Shown here: in pieces, positions 56,112 through 64,000 of the stretch
Numbering within the stretch: position 1 is the first letter of the stretch
Layout: every line of letters begins with the position of its first letter
Origin: an uncultured delta proteobacterium
GTDB lineage: Bacteria; Myxococcota; Myxococcia; SLRQ01
Direction of reading: 5' to 3'
Length of the DNA stretch: 64,000 nucleotides
Assembly: GCA_963727485.1 (NCBI GenBank)
Contig: CAVSGM010000002.1
Coordinates: 1,600,001 to 1,664,000 of the forward strand
Program-made: the position numbers and the translations under genes
Notes under the pieces: generated by a model
The model's input: only the letters and a program-made list of their open reading frames with translations
What the model was told of the DNA's origin: nothing
The model's database searches: none

Positions 56112-56609
56112 CTAGAAGGTCTGGGCGCTGAAGCTGGTCTGCCCGCCGGCGGTGGCGGTGTCCAGGGCCTTGGCCTCGGCGGACGGAGCCGGGGCGAAGG
56201 CCTCGTAGCCTACCTGGAGGCGAGTCGTCTCGCAGCTCACGTCGAGGGTCACCGCGTTGCCGCCGGTGCCCACCACCACCTTCGAGGCGCCTTGGACCTG
56301 GTAGGGGTCCCACTCGCCGGCGCCCTCGCTGCTGACGGTGTGCGCCGCCTTGGAGACCGAGATCAGCCCCTGCCAGGCCGTGCCGCCGGCGGCGAACCCG
56401 TAGACCGCGAAGGCCTGGCAGTCGCTCTGCGCACACTCGGGCTGGCTGGGGCAGTCGCAGCCCTGGGCGCTCCCCAGCCACCAGCCGACGACGCACTGGG
56501 ACAGCGGTGGCGTGCTGCCGCCGTCCTGGCCGCCCCCGGTCCCGGGGCGCCCACAGCCCACCGCCAGCGCCCACACCAGGCCCAGCGTCCACAGCCGCGC
56601 GCGGGTCAT
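56112..56609 (-). CDS. Cys-containing lipoprotein
   Basis: AVGC lipobox-like; ATGA overlap with the upstream gene. Confidence 0.65.
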   Translation of the reverse strand: MTRARLWTLGLVWALAVGCGRPGTGGGQDGGSTPPLSQCVVGWWLGSAQGCDCPSQPECAQSDCQAFAVYGFAAGGTAWQGLISVSKAAHTVSSEGAGEWDPYQVQGASKVVVGTGGNAVTLDVSCETTRLQVGYEAFAPAPSAEAKALDTATAGGQTSFSAQTF

Positions 56610-58699
56610 CGCCGCCTCCAGCCCGCCAGGACCCCGAGGATCGCCAGGAGCCAGAGCCCCGGCCCCGCCGCGCCGCCCCCGGCCGCGACACACCCCCCGG
56701 TGCCAGGAGGCGGGGCGGGCCGGGACGCGGGGAGGCCGTGGGGCCCGATCCGGATGGCGCTCGCGTCGATCCCCACGCAGCGCGGGTCGTCGTCGGGCAC
56801 CAGCCGGGCGGTCCCGGCGTCGGCGCAGCGACCCGCCGACATCTCGCCCTGATCATGGGGCACCCGGATCTCCACCGTCCGGAGGGCCGAGCGGTTGCCC
56901 GAGGCGTCCTCGGCCTGGAGCACCACCGAGTAGATCCGGTCCTGGTGGAGGGTGGCGCTGCGCTCGGCGCGGACGCAGAAGGCGGTGGTGCCCTGCTCCA
57001 CGTCCACTGGGGTGTTCCCGGAGCCGCCCCCGTTCGCCGGCTGGTCGCTGGTGACCGAGACCACCCGGACCTGCGGGTGGGGGTCGCAGGCGTCGTCCAC
57101 CGTGACCCGGAGGTCCCGGCCGAGCTCGTAGAGCGCCATGGCGTGGTTCGGCGGCCAGAGGCAGGGGGGTGAGACCTGGACGTCGGTGATGACCGGCGCC
57201 GTGGTGTCCGTGACCGTGACCCGGGTGCGGCCCACGCTGGTGGCCAGGTGGGAGTCGGTGGCGGTGAACAGGTAGCCGGTGGTGCCCAGGGGCGCCAGGG
57301 TCTGCACGGTCGTTCCTCGGCCCACCAGGGTGTCGGGGGTGAGCGCCCCGTTGTGCCACCAGGCGGTGGACACCAGGTCGTCGTCGGGATCGGTGGAGCC
57401 GCTGGCGTCGAGGGTCACGTGGGCGCCCCCCGGCTCGGTGCACTCGAGGGTCTGGTCGGGGCCGGTGACCGCCTCGGGGGGCTGATTGGCGATGGTGCCC
57501 TGGAGGGTGAGGCTCCCGCGGCTTCCGTCCCCGAGGTCGAGGTTCAGGCCACCCGGGAGCGAGAAGGTCCGGTGGGCGTAGTCGAGGCGCAGGCGCACCG
57601 GCGACTGGTTGTGGGTCGTGACCTTGAACTGGTTCCCGTCGCGCTGGCCGTCGGCGACGATCTCCAGGCGGCCGGCGGGGATGAGCGCCGTCCCGTCCGG
57701 CTGCAGCCCGACCGTCCGCCCGTCGGTGCCGGCCACCACGGACATCGCCGTGAGCTTGGCGTTGCCGAGGCAGATCCCGGACAGACATCCGAAGTGGAAG
57801 GTGACGTCGTCCGGGTGGGCGACGAGGCCGAGGCGAACGGAGCAGGTGCCGCCGGGGCACGGCTTGCCATAGAGGGTGAGGGTGCCGTGGACCGCCGAGG
57901 TCTCGGTGTCGGAGAAGCCCACGCAGGCGGGACCCAGGCACCCCTGGACCTTCGCCTTCACCGTGACCTGGGAGTGGCCAGCGTCGACGCGCAGCCGCGT
58001 GGGGGTCGCCAGGGCAAAGGAGAGCAGCCCCGTGCGCACCGTGGGGGGATCGGAGACCACGTCCAGGGGCTGGCAGACGCCGGTGGTGGTCTGGCCGCAG
58101 CCGGTGGTGTCGGTGCAGGAGCAGGCGGTGGTGTCGACGCCACCATCGGATTCGATGAACTGGTCGAGGTGGCAGTTGACGGTCCCGGCGTCCGGATCGG
58201 TGACGCAGGGGATGTCGTCGCAGCGCTTGTCGCACTGTGGGTTCATGGCCACCGCGGCACCGCTGCTGTCGATGGCCACCGGCTCGCAGGTGAGGTCGAA
58301 GTGCCCGCAGGCGTTGTCGCCGGACACCTTGCCCAGGAACGCCTCGAGGGCCTGGGTCGCCCGCTGCTCGCAGAAGGTCTTGATGCCCTGCTCGAAGTCA
58401 TGCTGGCTGATGCCCGGGGCGTCGAGGGCGGTGTTGAGGTCCGCGGGGACGCACATGTCCAGGTTGAAGCTTCGGGGGTTGGGCGAGCACAGGTCCGGGG
58501 GGATCCCGTGGCTGCCGGCGAAGCTGCAGGAGAGGCTGTCCCAGGCGAGCTGGCACCCGCACCGGACCTCATGGTCGGCGGTGGTGCCCCCGGCGGGCAC
58601 GGGATCCACGCTGACACCCGGCGTCCCGCAACCGGAGCAGCCCGGCGCCGTCCAGAGCACGGTGAGCACCACCAGGCCTACGAGCCACAGATGTCTCAT
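56606..58699 (-). CDS. Cys-rich surface protein with PKD and LWPPNH domains and MYXO-CTERM sorting signal
   Basis: NQPPEA..LDASGSTDPD PKD; CLWPPNH..RAER; C-terminus GGCVAAGG..LWLLAILGVLAGWRRR. Confidence 0.82.
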   Translation of the reverse strand: MRHLWLVGLVVLTVLWTAPGCSGCGTPGVSVDPVPAGGTTADHEVRCGCQLAWDSLSCSFAGSHGIPPDLCSPNPRSFNLDMCVPADLNTALDAPGISQHDFEQGIKTFCEQRATQALEAFLGKVSGDNACGHFDLTCEPVAIDSSGAAVAMNPQCDKRCDDIPCVTDPDAGTVNCHLDQFIESDGGVDTTACSCTDTTGCGQTTTGVCQPLDVVSDPPTVRTGLLSFALATPTRLRVDAGHSQVTVKAKVQGCLGPACVGFSDTETSAVHGTLTLYGKPCPGGTCSVRLGLVAHPDDVTFHFGCLSGICLGNAKLTAMSVVAGTDGRTVGLQPDGTALIPAGRLEIVADGQRDGNQFKVTTHNQSPVRLRLDYAHRTFSLPGGLNLDLGDGSRGSLTLQGTIANQPPEAVTGPDQTLECTEPGGAHVTLDASGSTDPDDDLVSTAWWHNGALTPDTLVGRGTTVQTLAPLGTTGYLFTATDSHLATSVGRTRVTVTDTTAPVITDVQVSPPCLWPPNHAMALYELGRDLRVTVDDACDPHPQVRVVSVTSDQPANGGGSGNTPVDVEQGTTAFCVRAERSATLHQDRIYSVVLQAEDASGNRSALRTVEIRVPHDQGEMSAGRCADAGTARLVPDDDPRCVGIDASAIRIGPHGLPASRPAPPPGTGGCVAAGGGAAGPGLWLLAILGVLAGWRRR

Positions 58700-58713
58700 G
58701 GCCGGTCCCCCTT

Positions 58714-58747
58714 TAACCGGCCCCCCCAAGTAACCGGCCCCCCCAAG
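58714..58747. repeat. Perfect 17-bp tandem duplication containing C7 tracts
   Basis: TAACCGGCCCCCCCAAG twice, immediately upstream of the 58699 start. Confidence 0.9.
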
Positions 58748-58797
58748 CAAAGAAGCCTAGCATATCTACCCGAGGCTCCTCAACGGGCCCCAGGAGA

Positions 58798-59973
58798 TCA
58801 CCGCGGGCGGCGCCACCCGGCGTCGATGTGGTGCACCGTGGCCCCGCGCTCCGGCGTGCTCTCGGCGATGCAGTCGGCCACCCGGCCCCAGGCCTCGGCG
58901 AAGCGCGCCTCGGTGAGGTGCGCGCCCGAGGGGAGCCAGTCGGCGAGGGGATCCCCGAAGGCCTCGCCGAACTGCCCCACGATGTCGAGGTGGTCGGCGA
59001 CCACCTCGTCGAGGAGCTCGCCGTAGAGCTGGGAGAGGGTGGGCACCACCGCGTCGTTGGTGGCCTGGGTGATGGGGAAGGGCAGGCGCCCCTCGAGGCG
59101 GTCGGCCATCTGCGGCGCCGGGCTGGGGTAGGGGTAGTGGCGGTGCTCCCGGCCGGCGAGGGTGTGGAGCAGCGCGTAGATCGCCACCGACGCCGCCTTG
59201 CGCACCCCCAGCACCTCGCCCGCGCGGTGGGCGAAGAGGGGCGGCGCCGCGGTGACCACCGAGCCGTAGCGCACCCCCGGGCGATCGACGACCGCGGCGT
59301 TGTAGAGGTGCATCGACTCCTGGGTGAGCTGGATGATGGCGCCCTGGTCGGCGGCGATCTCCCGGAGGAACTCCCACACCGGGTCCTCGGCCCCGAGGCG
59401 CACCCGGGAGAGCAGGGCCCGGCTCAGGGCGTCGAGGAAGGTGTTGCGCCGGCCGAAGGCGTCGTCGTAGCGCGCCAGCAGCGCCAGCACCTGGCTCGCG
59501 GCCCAGAGGGTGTAGCGGCCCTCGGTGCTGGAGGCGACGATGGTGAGCAGGCGCAACAGGTGCCCGCCCTCCACGGTGGTGAAGAAGCCGGCGAGCGGGG
59601 TGCCGAAGTGGGGCGTGGACACGGTGACCACGCTGCGGGTGCGCGCGCCGATCTCCTCCTCGCGTCCGTCCTCGAGGAGGCGCACCCCGGGGGTGACGAG
59701 GAGCCGCACGTCGAGGCCGCCGGTGGAGTGGCCCACGAAGTGGAGGTGGTCGGCGTCGAGGCCGCCGGTGCCCAGCACCTGCCGGTAGAGGGACACCGCG
59801 CGGGAGCGGATGGAGGCGGTGGGGAGGGTGCGGCACTCCACCAGCTCGGCGTCGACGCCGCGTTGCTGGAGCGACTCGCGGAGGTGATCGGCGACGCCGC
59901 GGAAGTAGTTGAGGGCCCCCAGGGAGGTGAACCCGAAGAAGCCGGGGACGAGGTAGATGCGCGCGTGGGCCAT
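58798..59973 (-). CDS. Lipase/esterase (alpha/beta hydrolase)
   Basis: LVPGFFG, GHSTGG, STPHFGTP, NDAVVP, ADHLD. Confidence 0.88.
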   Translation of the reverse strand: MAHARIYLVPGFFGFTSLGALNYFRGVADHLRESLQQRGVDAELVECRTLPTASIRSRAVSLYRQVLGTGGLDADHLHFVGHSTGGLDVRLLVTPGVRLLEDGREEEIGARTRSVVTVSTPHFGTPLAGFFTTVEGGHLLRLLTIVASSTEGRYTLWAASQVLALLARYDDAFGRRNTFLDALSRALLSRVRLGAEDPVWEFLREIAADQGAIIQLTQESMHLYNAAVVDRPGVRYGSVVTAAPPLFAHRAGEVLGVRKAASVAIYALLHTLAGREHRHYPYPSPAPQMADRLEGRLPFPITQATNDAVVPTLSQLYGELLDEVVADHLDIVGQFGEAFGDPLADWLPSGAHLTEARFAEAWGRVADCIAESTPERGATVHHIDAGWRRPR

Positions 59974-60150
59974 GCCTTGCGATAGGACAGGGCCGCGCGC
60001 GAATCCAGGGGCGCGGGTTGAAACGCGACGCGATCATCCCTAGCCTCCCCCCACCGCGTACCTTCGAGGCGCTTCGGTGCCTCGGTCGCGCAACCCCTTG
60101 CCTGCGGCCGTGGCCCTCGCCCGAGCGCCCTCCTCAGGACAGGAGTGCCC

Positions 60151-61375
60151 GTGGCCAAGATCGAGAATCGAGCACCTCTACAAGATCTTCGGGAAGAACC
60201 CCGAGAAGGGCCTGGCCCTCGCCCGCGAGGGCAGGACCAAGGCCGAGATCCTCGAGCAGACCGGCTGCGCGGTGGGCGTCAGCGACGCCTCGCTCCAGAT
60301 CGAGGAGGGCGAGTTCGTGGTGGTCATGGGCCTCTCGGGCTCGGGCAAGTCCACCCTGCTGCGCTGCGTGAACCGCCTCATCGAGCCCACCGCGGGCACG
60401 GTGAAGATCGACGGCGTGGATGTCACCTCCCTCGACGACGAGGCGCTCCGGGAGCTGCGGCGCCAGCACTTCGGGATGGTGTTCCAGCGCTTCGCGCTGC
60501 TGCCCCACCGCACGGTGCTCGCCAACACCGAGTACGGCCTCGAGATCCAGGGCATGGAGAAGGCCGAGCGCGAGAAGAAGGCCCGCGAGGCCCTGTCGCT
60601 GGTGGGCCTCGAGGGCTGGGAGCAGAGCTACCCCGGCCAGCTCTCCGGCGGGATGCAGCAGCGCGTGGGCCTCGCCCGGGCGCTGGCGGTGGACCCGGAC
60701 ATCCTCCTCATGGACGAGGCCTTCAGCGCCCTCGACCCGCTCATCCGCCGGGACATGCAGGAGGAGCTGCTCGCCCTCCAGGCCCGGATGCACAAGACCA
60801 TCCTCTTCATCACCCACGACCTCGACGAGGCCCTGCGCCTCGGCGACCGCATCGTGATCATGAAGGACGCCAAGGTGGTGCAGGTCGGCGACCCCGAGGA
60901 GATCCTCACCTCGCCCGCCAACGCCTACGTCGAGCGCTTCGTCGAGGACGTCAACGTCTCCAAGGTGCTCACCGCCTCGGCGGTGATGCACAAGGCCTCC
61001 AACGTCACCTACCCCAAGGACGGTCCCAAGGCGGCGCTCCACACCATGTACGAGGTGGGCATCTCCAGCCTCCTGGTGGTCGACCGGGACCGCAAGCTCC
61101 TGGGCATCGTCACCGCCGAGGACTGCGCCCGCCTCGCCGAGGCCGGCAAGAAGGACCTGATGGAGATCCTCGACCGGGAGGTGCCCCGGGTGACCCCGGA
61201 GACCGGGCTGTCCGACCTCTTCGCCCAGCCCCGGTTCCCGGTGGCGGTGGTCAACGACGAGGGGCGGCTGGTGGGCATCGTCATCCGCGGGGCGCTGCTG
61301 GCGGCGCTGGCCGAGAAGCCGCACGAGCCCGGTGAGCCCCCCGCCCCCCAGGCCGACGAGAGGAGCGCCTCGTGA
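60151..61375 (+). CDS. proV: Glycine betaine/proline ABC transporter ATPase with CBS domains; extra base near 60166
   Basis: GLSGSGKS, LSGGMQQR, LLMDEAFSALDP, ITHD; AGGAG RBS before GTG 60151. Confidence 0.93.
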
Positions 61376-62220
61376 ACATGCCCCTGCCCGCCCTGCCGCT
61401 GGCCGAGTGGATCGACGCGGTCATCCACTTCCTCACCGTCCATCTCGCCTTCATCACCCGGGCGATCTCCTCGGGCCTGGGGACGGGGGTCAACGCCCTG
61501 GTGTCGGCGCTGACCTGGTTCCCGCCGTGGGTGCTCATCATCGCCCTCGCGGCGCTGGCGTGGTGGCTCGCCGGGAAGTGGATGGGCGTGTTCACGGTCC
61601 TGGGGCTCCTGCTCCTGTGGAACGTGGGCCTGTGGGACGCCACCGTGGCCACCTTGGCCCTGGTGGTGGTCGCCACCCTCATCGCGGTGGTCATCGGCCT
61701 GCCGCTGGGGGTGGCGGCGGCGCTCTTCCCCGGGGTGAAACGCGTGGTGGTCCCGGTCCTCGACTTCATGCAGACCATGCCGGCGTTCGTCTACCTCATC
61801 CCGGCGATCCCCTTCTTCGGCCTGGGGGCGGTCTCGGCGATCTTCTCCACCGTCATCTTCTCCATGCCCCCGGCCATCCGGCTCACCTACCTCGGGATCG
61901 AGCAGGTGCCCGAGGATCTCATCGAGGCGGCCGACGCCTTCGGCTCCTCCAGGCGGCAGAAGCTGTGGAAGATCCAGCTCCCGATCGCCACCCCCACCAT
62001 CATGGCGGGGATCAACCAGACGATCATGCTCTCCCTGTCCATGGTGGTCATCGCCGCCATGATCGGCGCCCGCGGCCTCGGTGAAGAGGTGTGGAAGGCC
62101 ATCCAGCGGGTGGAGGCGGGGAAGGGCTTCGTGGCCGGGCTCGGCGTCGTCATCGTCGCCATCATCCTCGACCGCATCACCCAGAGCATCGGGCGTCGGG
62201 GCCAGAAGGCCCGCGCCTGA
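61372..62220 (+). CDS. proW: Glycine betaine ABC transporter permease
   Basis: LDFMQTMPAFVYLIP, EAA loop, GINQTIMLSLSMVV. Confidence 0.95.
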   Translation: MNMPLPALPLAEWIDAVIHFLTVHLAFITRAISSGLGTGVNALVSALTWFPPWVLIIALAALAWWLAGKWMGVFTVLGLLLLWNVGLWDATVATLALVVVATLIAVVIGLPLGVAAALFPGVKRVVVPVLDFMQTMPAFVYLIPAIPFFGLGAVSAIFSTVIFSMPPAIRLTYLGIEQVPEDLIEAADAFGSSRRQKLWKIQLPIATPTIMAGINQTIMLSLSMVVIAAMIGARGLGEEVWKAIQRVEAGKGFVAGLGVVIVAIILDRITQSIGRRGQKARA

Positions 62221-62245
62221 CCTGACCTGAAGGGAGGCAGCACCG

Positions 62246-63241
62246 ATGAACCATCGCAGCATCCCCATGACCCTCGCCCTGGTGGCGGCCCTCGCCGTCG
62301 CCGGATGCCAGAAGAAGACCGACAACGGCGGTGCGGCGGGTACCACCGCCACCAAGGCGCCGGCGAAGATCGACAAGAGCCAGCCGGTGCGCATCGCCTA
62401 CGTCGAGTGGTCCTCGGCGGTGGCCAGCGCCAACGTGGTCAAGGACGTGCTGGAGTCGAAGCTCGGCTACAAGGTGCGGCTGATCCCGGTGAGCGCCGCC
62501 GCCATGTGGCAGGCGGTGGCCGTGGGCGACGCCGACGCCCTGCTCTCCGCCTGGCTGCCCACCACCCACGCCGCCTACTACAAGCGGTTCCATGACCCAG
62601 GTCGACGACCTGGGCCCGAACCTCACCGGTACCAAGATCGGCCTGGTGGTCCCCGACTACGTCACCATCGACTCCATCACCCAGCTCGAAGCCAACAAGG
62701 CGAAGTTCGACGGGAAGATCATCGGCATCGATCCCGGCGCCGGGATCATGGACAAGACCGAGAAGGCCCTGAAGGCCTACGACCTCAAGGGCTTCAACCT
62801 GGTCTCCGGGTCGGGCGCCACCATGGGCGCGGCCCTCGGCGACGCCATCCAGAACAAGAAGTGGATGGTGGTCACCGGGTGGACGCCCCACTGGATGTTC
62901 GCCCAGTGGAAGCTGAAGTTCCTCCAGGACCCCAAGAAGGTCTACGGCGGGGCCGAGACCATCCACACCGTGGTCAAGCAGGGGCTCGAGGGGACGCGCC
63001 CCGAGCTCTACCGCTTCCTCGACGCCTTCCACTGGACCGTCGACGAGATGAACTCGGTCATCGTCGCCAACCACAAGAAGGACGACCCGAAGGGCAACGC
63101 CAAGGCCTTCGTCGCCGCCCATCCGAAGCTGGTCGACGGCTGGGTCGCCGCCGCCGAGGGCAAGGCGCCCGCGAAGGACGCCGCCGCCGGGAGCACCGGC
63201 ACCCCCGCTGCGGCACCACCGCCGGGGCGGGCGGCAAGTGA
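62246..63241 (+). CDS. proX: Glycine betaine-binding lipoprotein (ProX/OpuAC type); compensating frameshifts near 62592 and 63208
   Basis: VAGC lipobox, YVEW, AWLPTTH, GLVVPDY, GIDPGAG, TGWTPHW. Confidence 0.88.
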   Translation: MNHRSIPMTLALVAALAVAGCQKKTDNGGAAGTTATKAPAKIDKSQPVRIAYVEWSSAVASANVVKDVLESKLGYKVRLIPVSAAAMWQAVAVGDADALLSAWLPTTHAAYYKRFHDPGRRPGPEPHRYQDRPGGPRLRHHRLHHPARSQQGEVRREDHRHRSRRRDHGQDREGPEGLRPQGLQPGLRVGRHHGRGPRRRHPEQEVDGGHRVDAPLDVRPVEAEVPPGPQEGLRRGRDHPHRGQAGARGDAPRALPLPRRLPLDRRRDELGHRRQPQEGRPEGQRQGLRRRPSEAGRRLGRRRRGQGAREGRRRREHRHPRCGTTAGAGGK

Positions 63242-64000
63242 TGGCCGCGGCACGGAGGGGTGCCGCGCTCATGCTCGTCCTCGCCTTCGCCGCCCCCGGG
63301 GCGGCGCGGGCGGACGAGGATGCCACCGCGACACCGGAGCCGGCCGCGGGCACCACGCCCGCGGCCAAGACCCCCACCGACACGGCGACGGTGAAGAAGG
63401 CGGACGCCAAGGCCACGCCCCAGGCCGCAAGCGACGCGACCGCCGGCAACGCGGCCGCGCCGGCACCGCCGCCGAAGGTGAAGCGGGTCGAGAAGGCCAA
63501 GAAGGCCGTCGAGGCCGACCACCCGGAGCACGGCAAGCACCACGCGTCGCACGTGAAGCACGCGGAGGAGCACGCCAAGAAGGCCAAGAAGGCCAAGAAG
63601 TGGGTCCCGCACCTCAAGGTCGGCGGGACCCTCCGGTGGAACTACTTCGTCAAGAGCTGGGCGGGCCAGGACGCCAACCGGATGAAGCTGGGCGACATCG
63701 CCCTCGACACCTTCCGGGTGAACGTCACCGGCGACTACGGGCCCCTGAAGCTCTCCGGCGAGTACCGGTTCTACGCCGGCTACTCCATGCTCCACCACGG
63801 GTGGATGGGCTACCAGGCGGGGCCGTGGATGTTCACCTTCGGCCTCCAGCGCCAGCCCTTCGGCCTTCTGCCCTACGCTAGCCACAGCTGGTTCTTCGAC
63901 CTCGGCTACTACCTCGGTCTCGAGGACACCTACGCCCTGGGGCTCTCGGCCCACTACCACCAGGGCCACCTCGACGCCTGGATTGGCCGGGTACAAGAAC
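63238..64000 (+). CDS. Outer-membrane porin-like protein (3' truncated; not in the ORF track)
   Basis: GTG/ATG overlapping the proX stop; signal peptide, low-complexity linker, then VGGTLRWNY..FRVNV..EYRFY..HHGWMGY..PFGLLPY..WFF..YYLGLED. Confidence 0.75.
   Translation, partial: MMAAARRGAALMLVLAFAAPGAARADEDATATPEPAAGTTPAAKTPTDTATVKKADAKATPQAASDATAGNAAAPAPPPKVKRVEKAKKAVEADHPEHGKHHASHVKHAEEHAKKAKKAKKWVPHLKVGGTLRWNYFVKSWAGQDANRMKLGDIALDTFRVNVTGDYGPLKLSGEYRFYAGYSMLHHGWMGYQAGPWMFTFGLQRQPFGLLPYASHSWFFDLGYYLGLEDTYALGLSAHYHQGHLDAWIGRVQE

Overview
Very GC-rich bacterial chromosomal segment, most likely Myxococcota (MYXO-CTERM sorting signal, Cys-rich DGG-repeat lipoproteins, stand-alone MshEN/GspE-N and PilZ-TPR proteins). 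About 45 genes; no rRNA, tRNA, CRISPR array, transposase or integrase was recognised. In order: alpha-2-macroglobulin (5' truncated) with pbpC; hydrolase, GT2 and LOG; a metal-resistance block (methyltransferase, acr3-arsC, czcD, SmtB/CzrA regulator with a visible operator); cyclophilin, class III adenylate cyclase, SDR and hydrolase-OsmC; a fibre-like surface-protein pair; a four-gene secreted operon (parvulin, 1527-aa HExxH protease, small partner, membrane-anchored M6-like protein lacking the catalytic Glu); a lipid cluster (Sfp PPTase, FAAL, KS-AT-ACP-KR-DH PKS ending in an alpha-oxoamine synthase domain, a divergent His-motif membrane protein, a ceramidase-family gene) with FadR-like boxes; purF; DedA plus disulfide oxidoreductase; pseudokinase-PilZ; a MYXO-CTERM operon; lipase; and a betaine ABC transporter followed by a porin missing from the ORF track. 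The best candidate for an undescribed system is the FAAL-PKS-oxoamine synthase cluster, which could make sphingoid-type bases, possibly Delta4-unsaturated without O2 (inference). About 13 single-base frameshifts, including one in purF, look like sequencing indels, so those genes are called as CDS. All family assignments are from motif recognition by eye; no searches were run.
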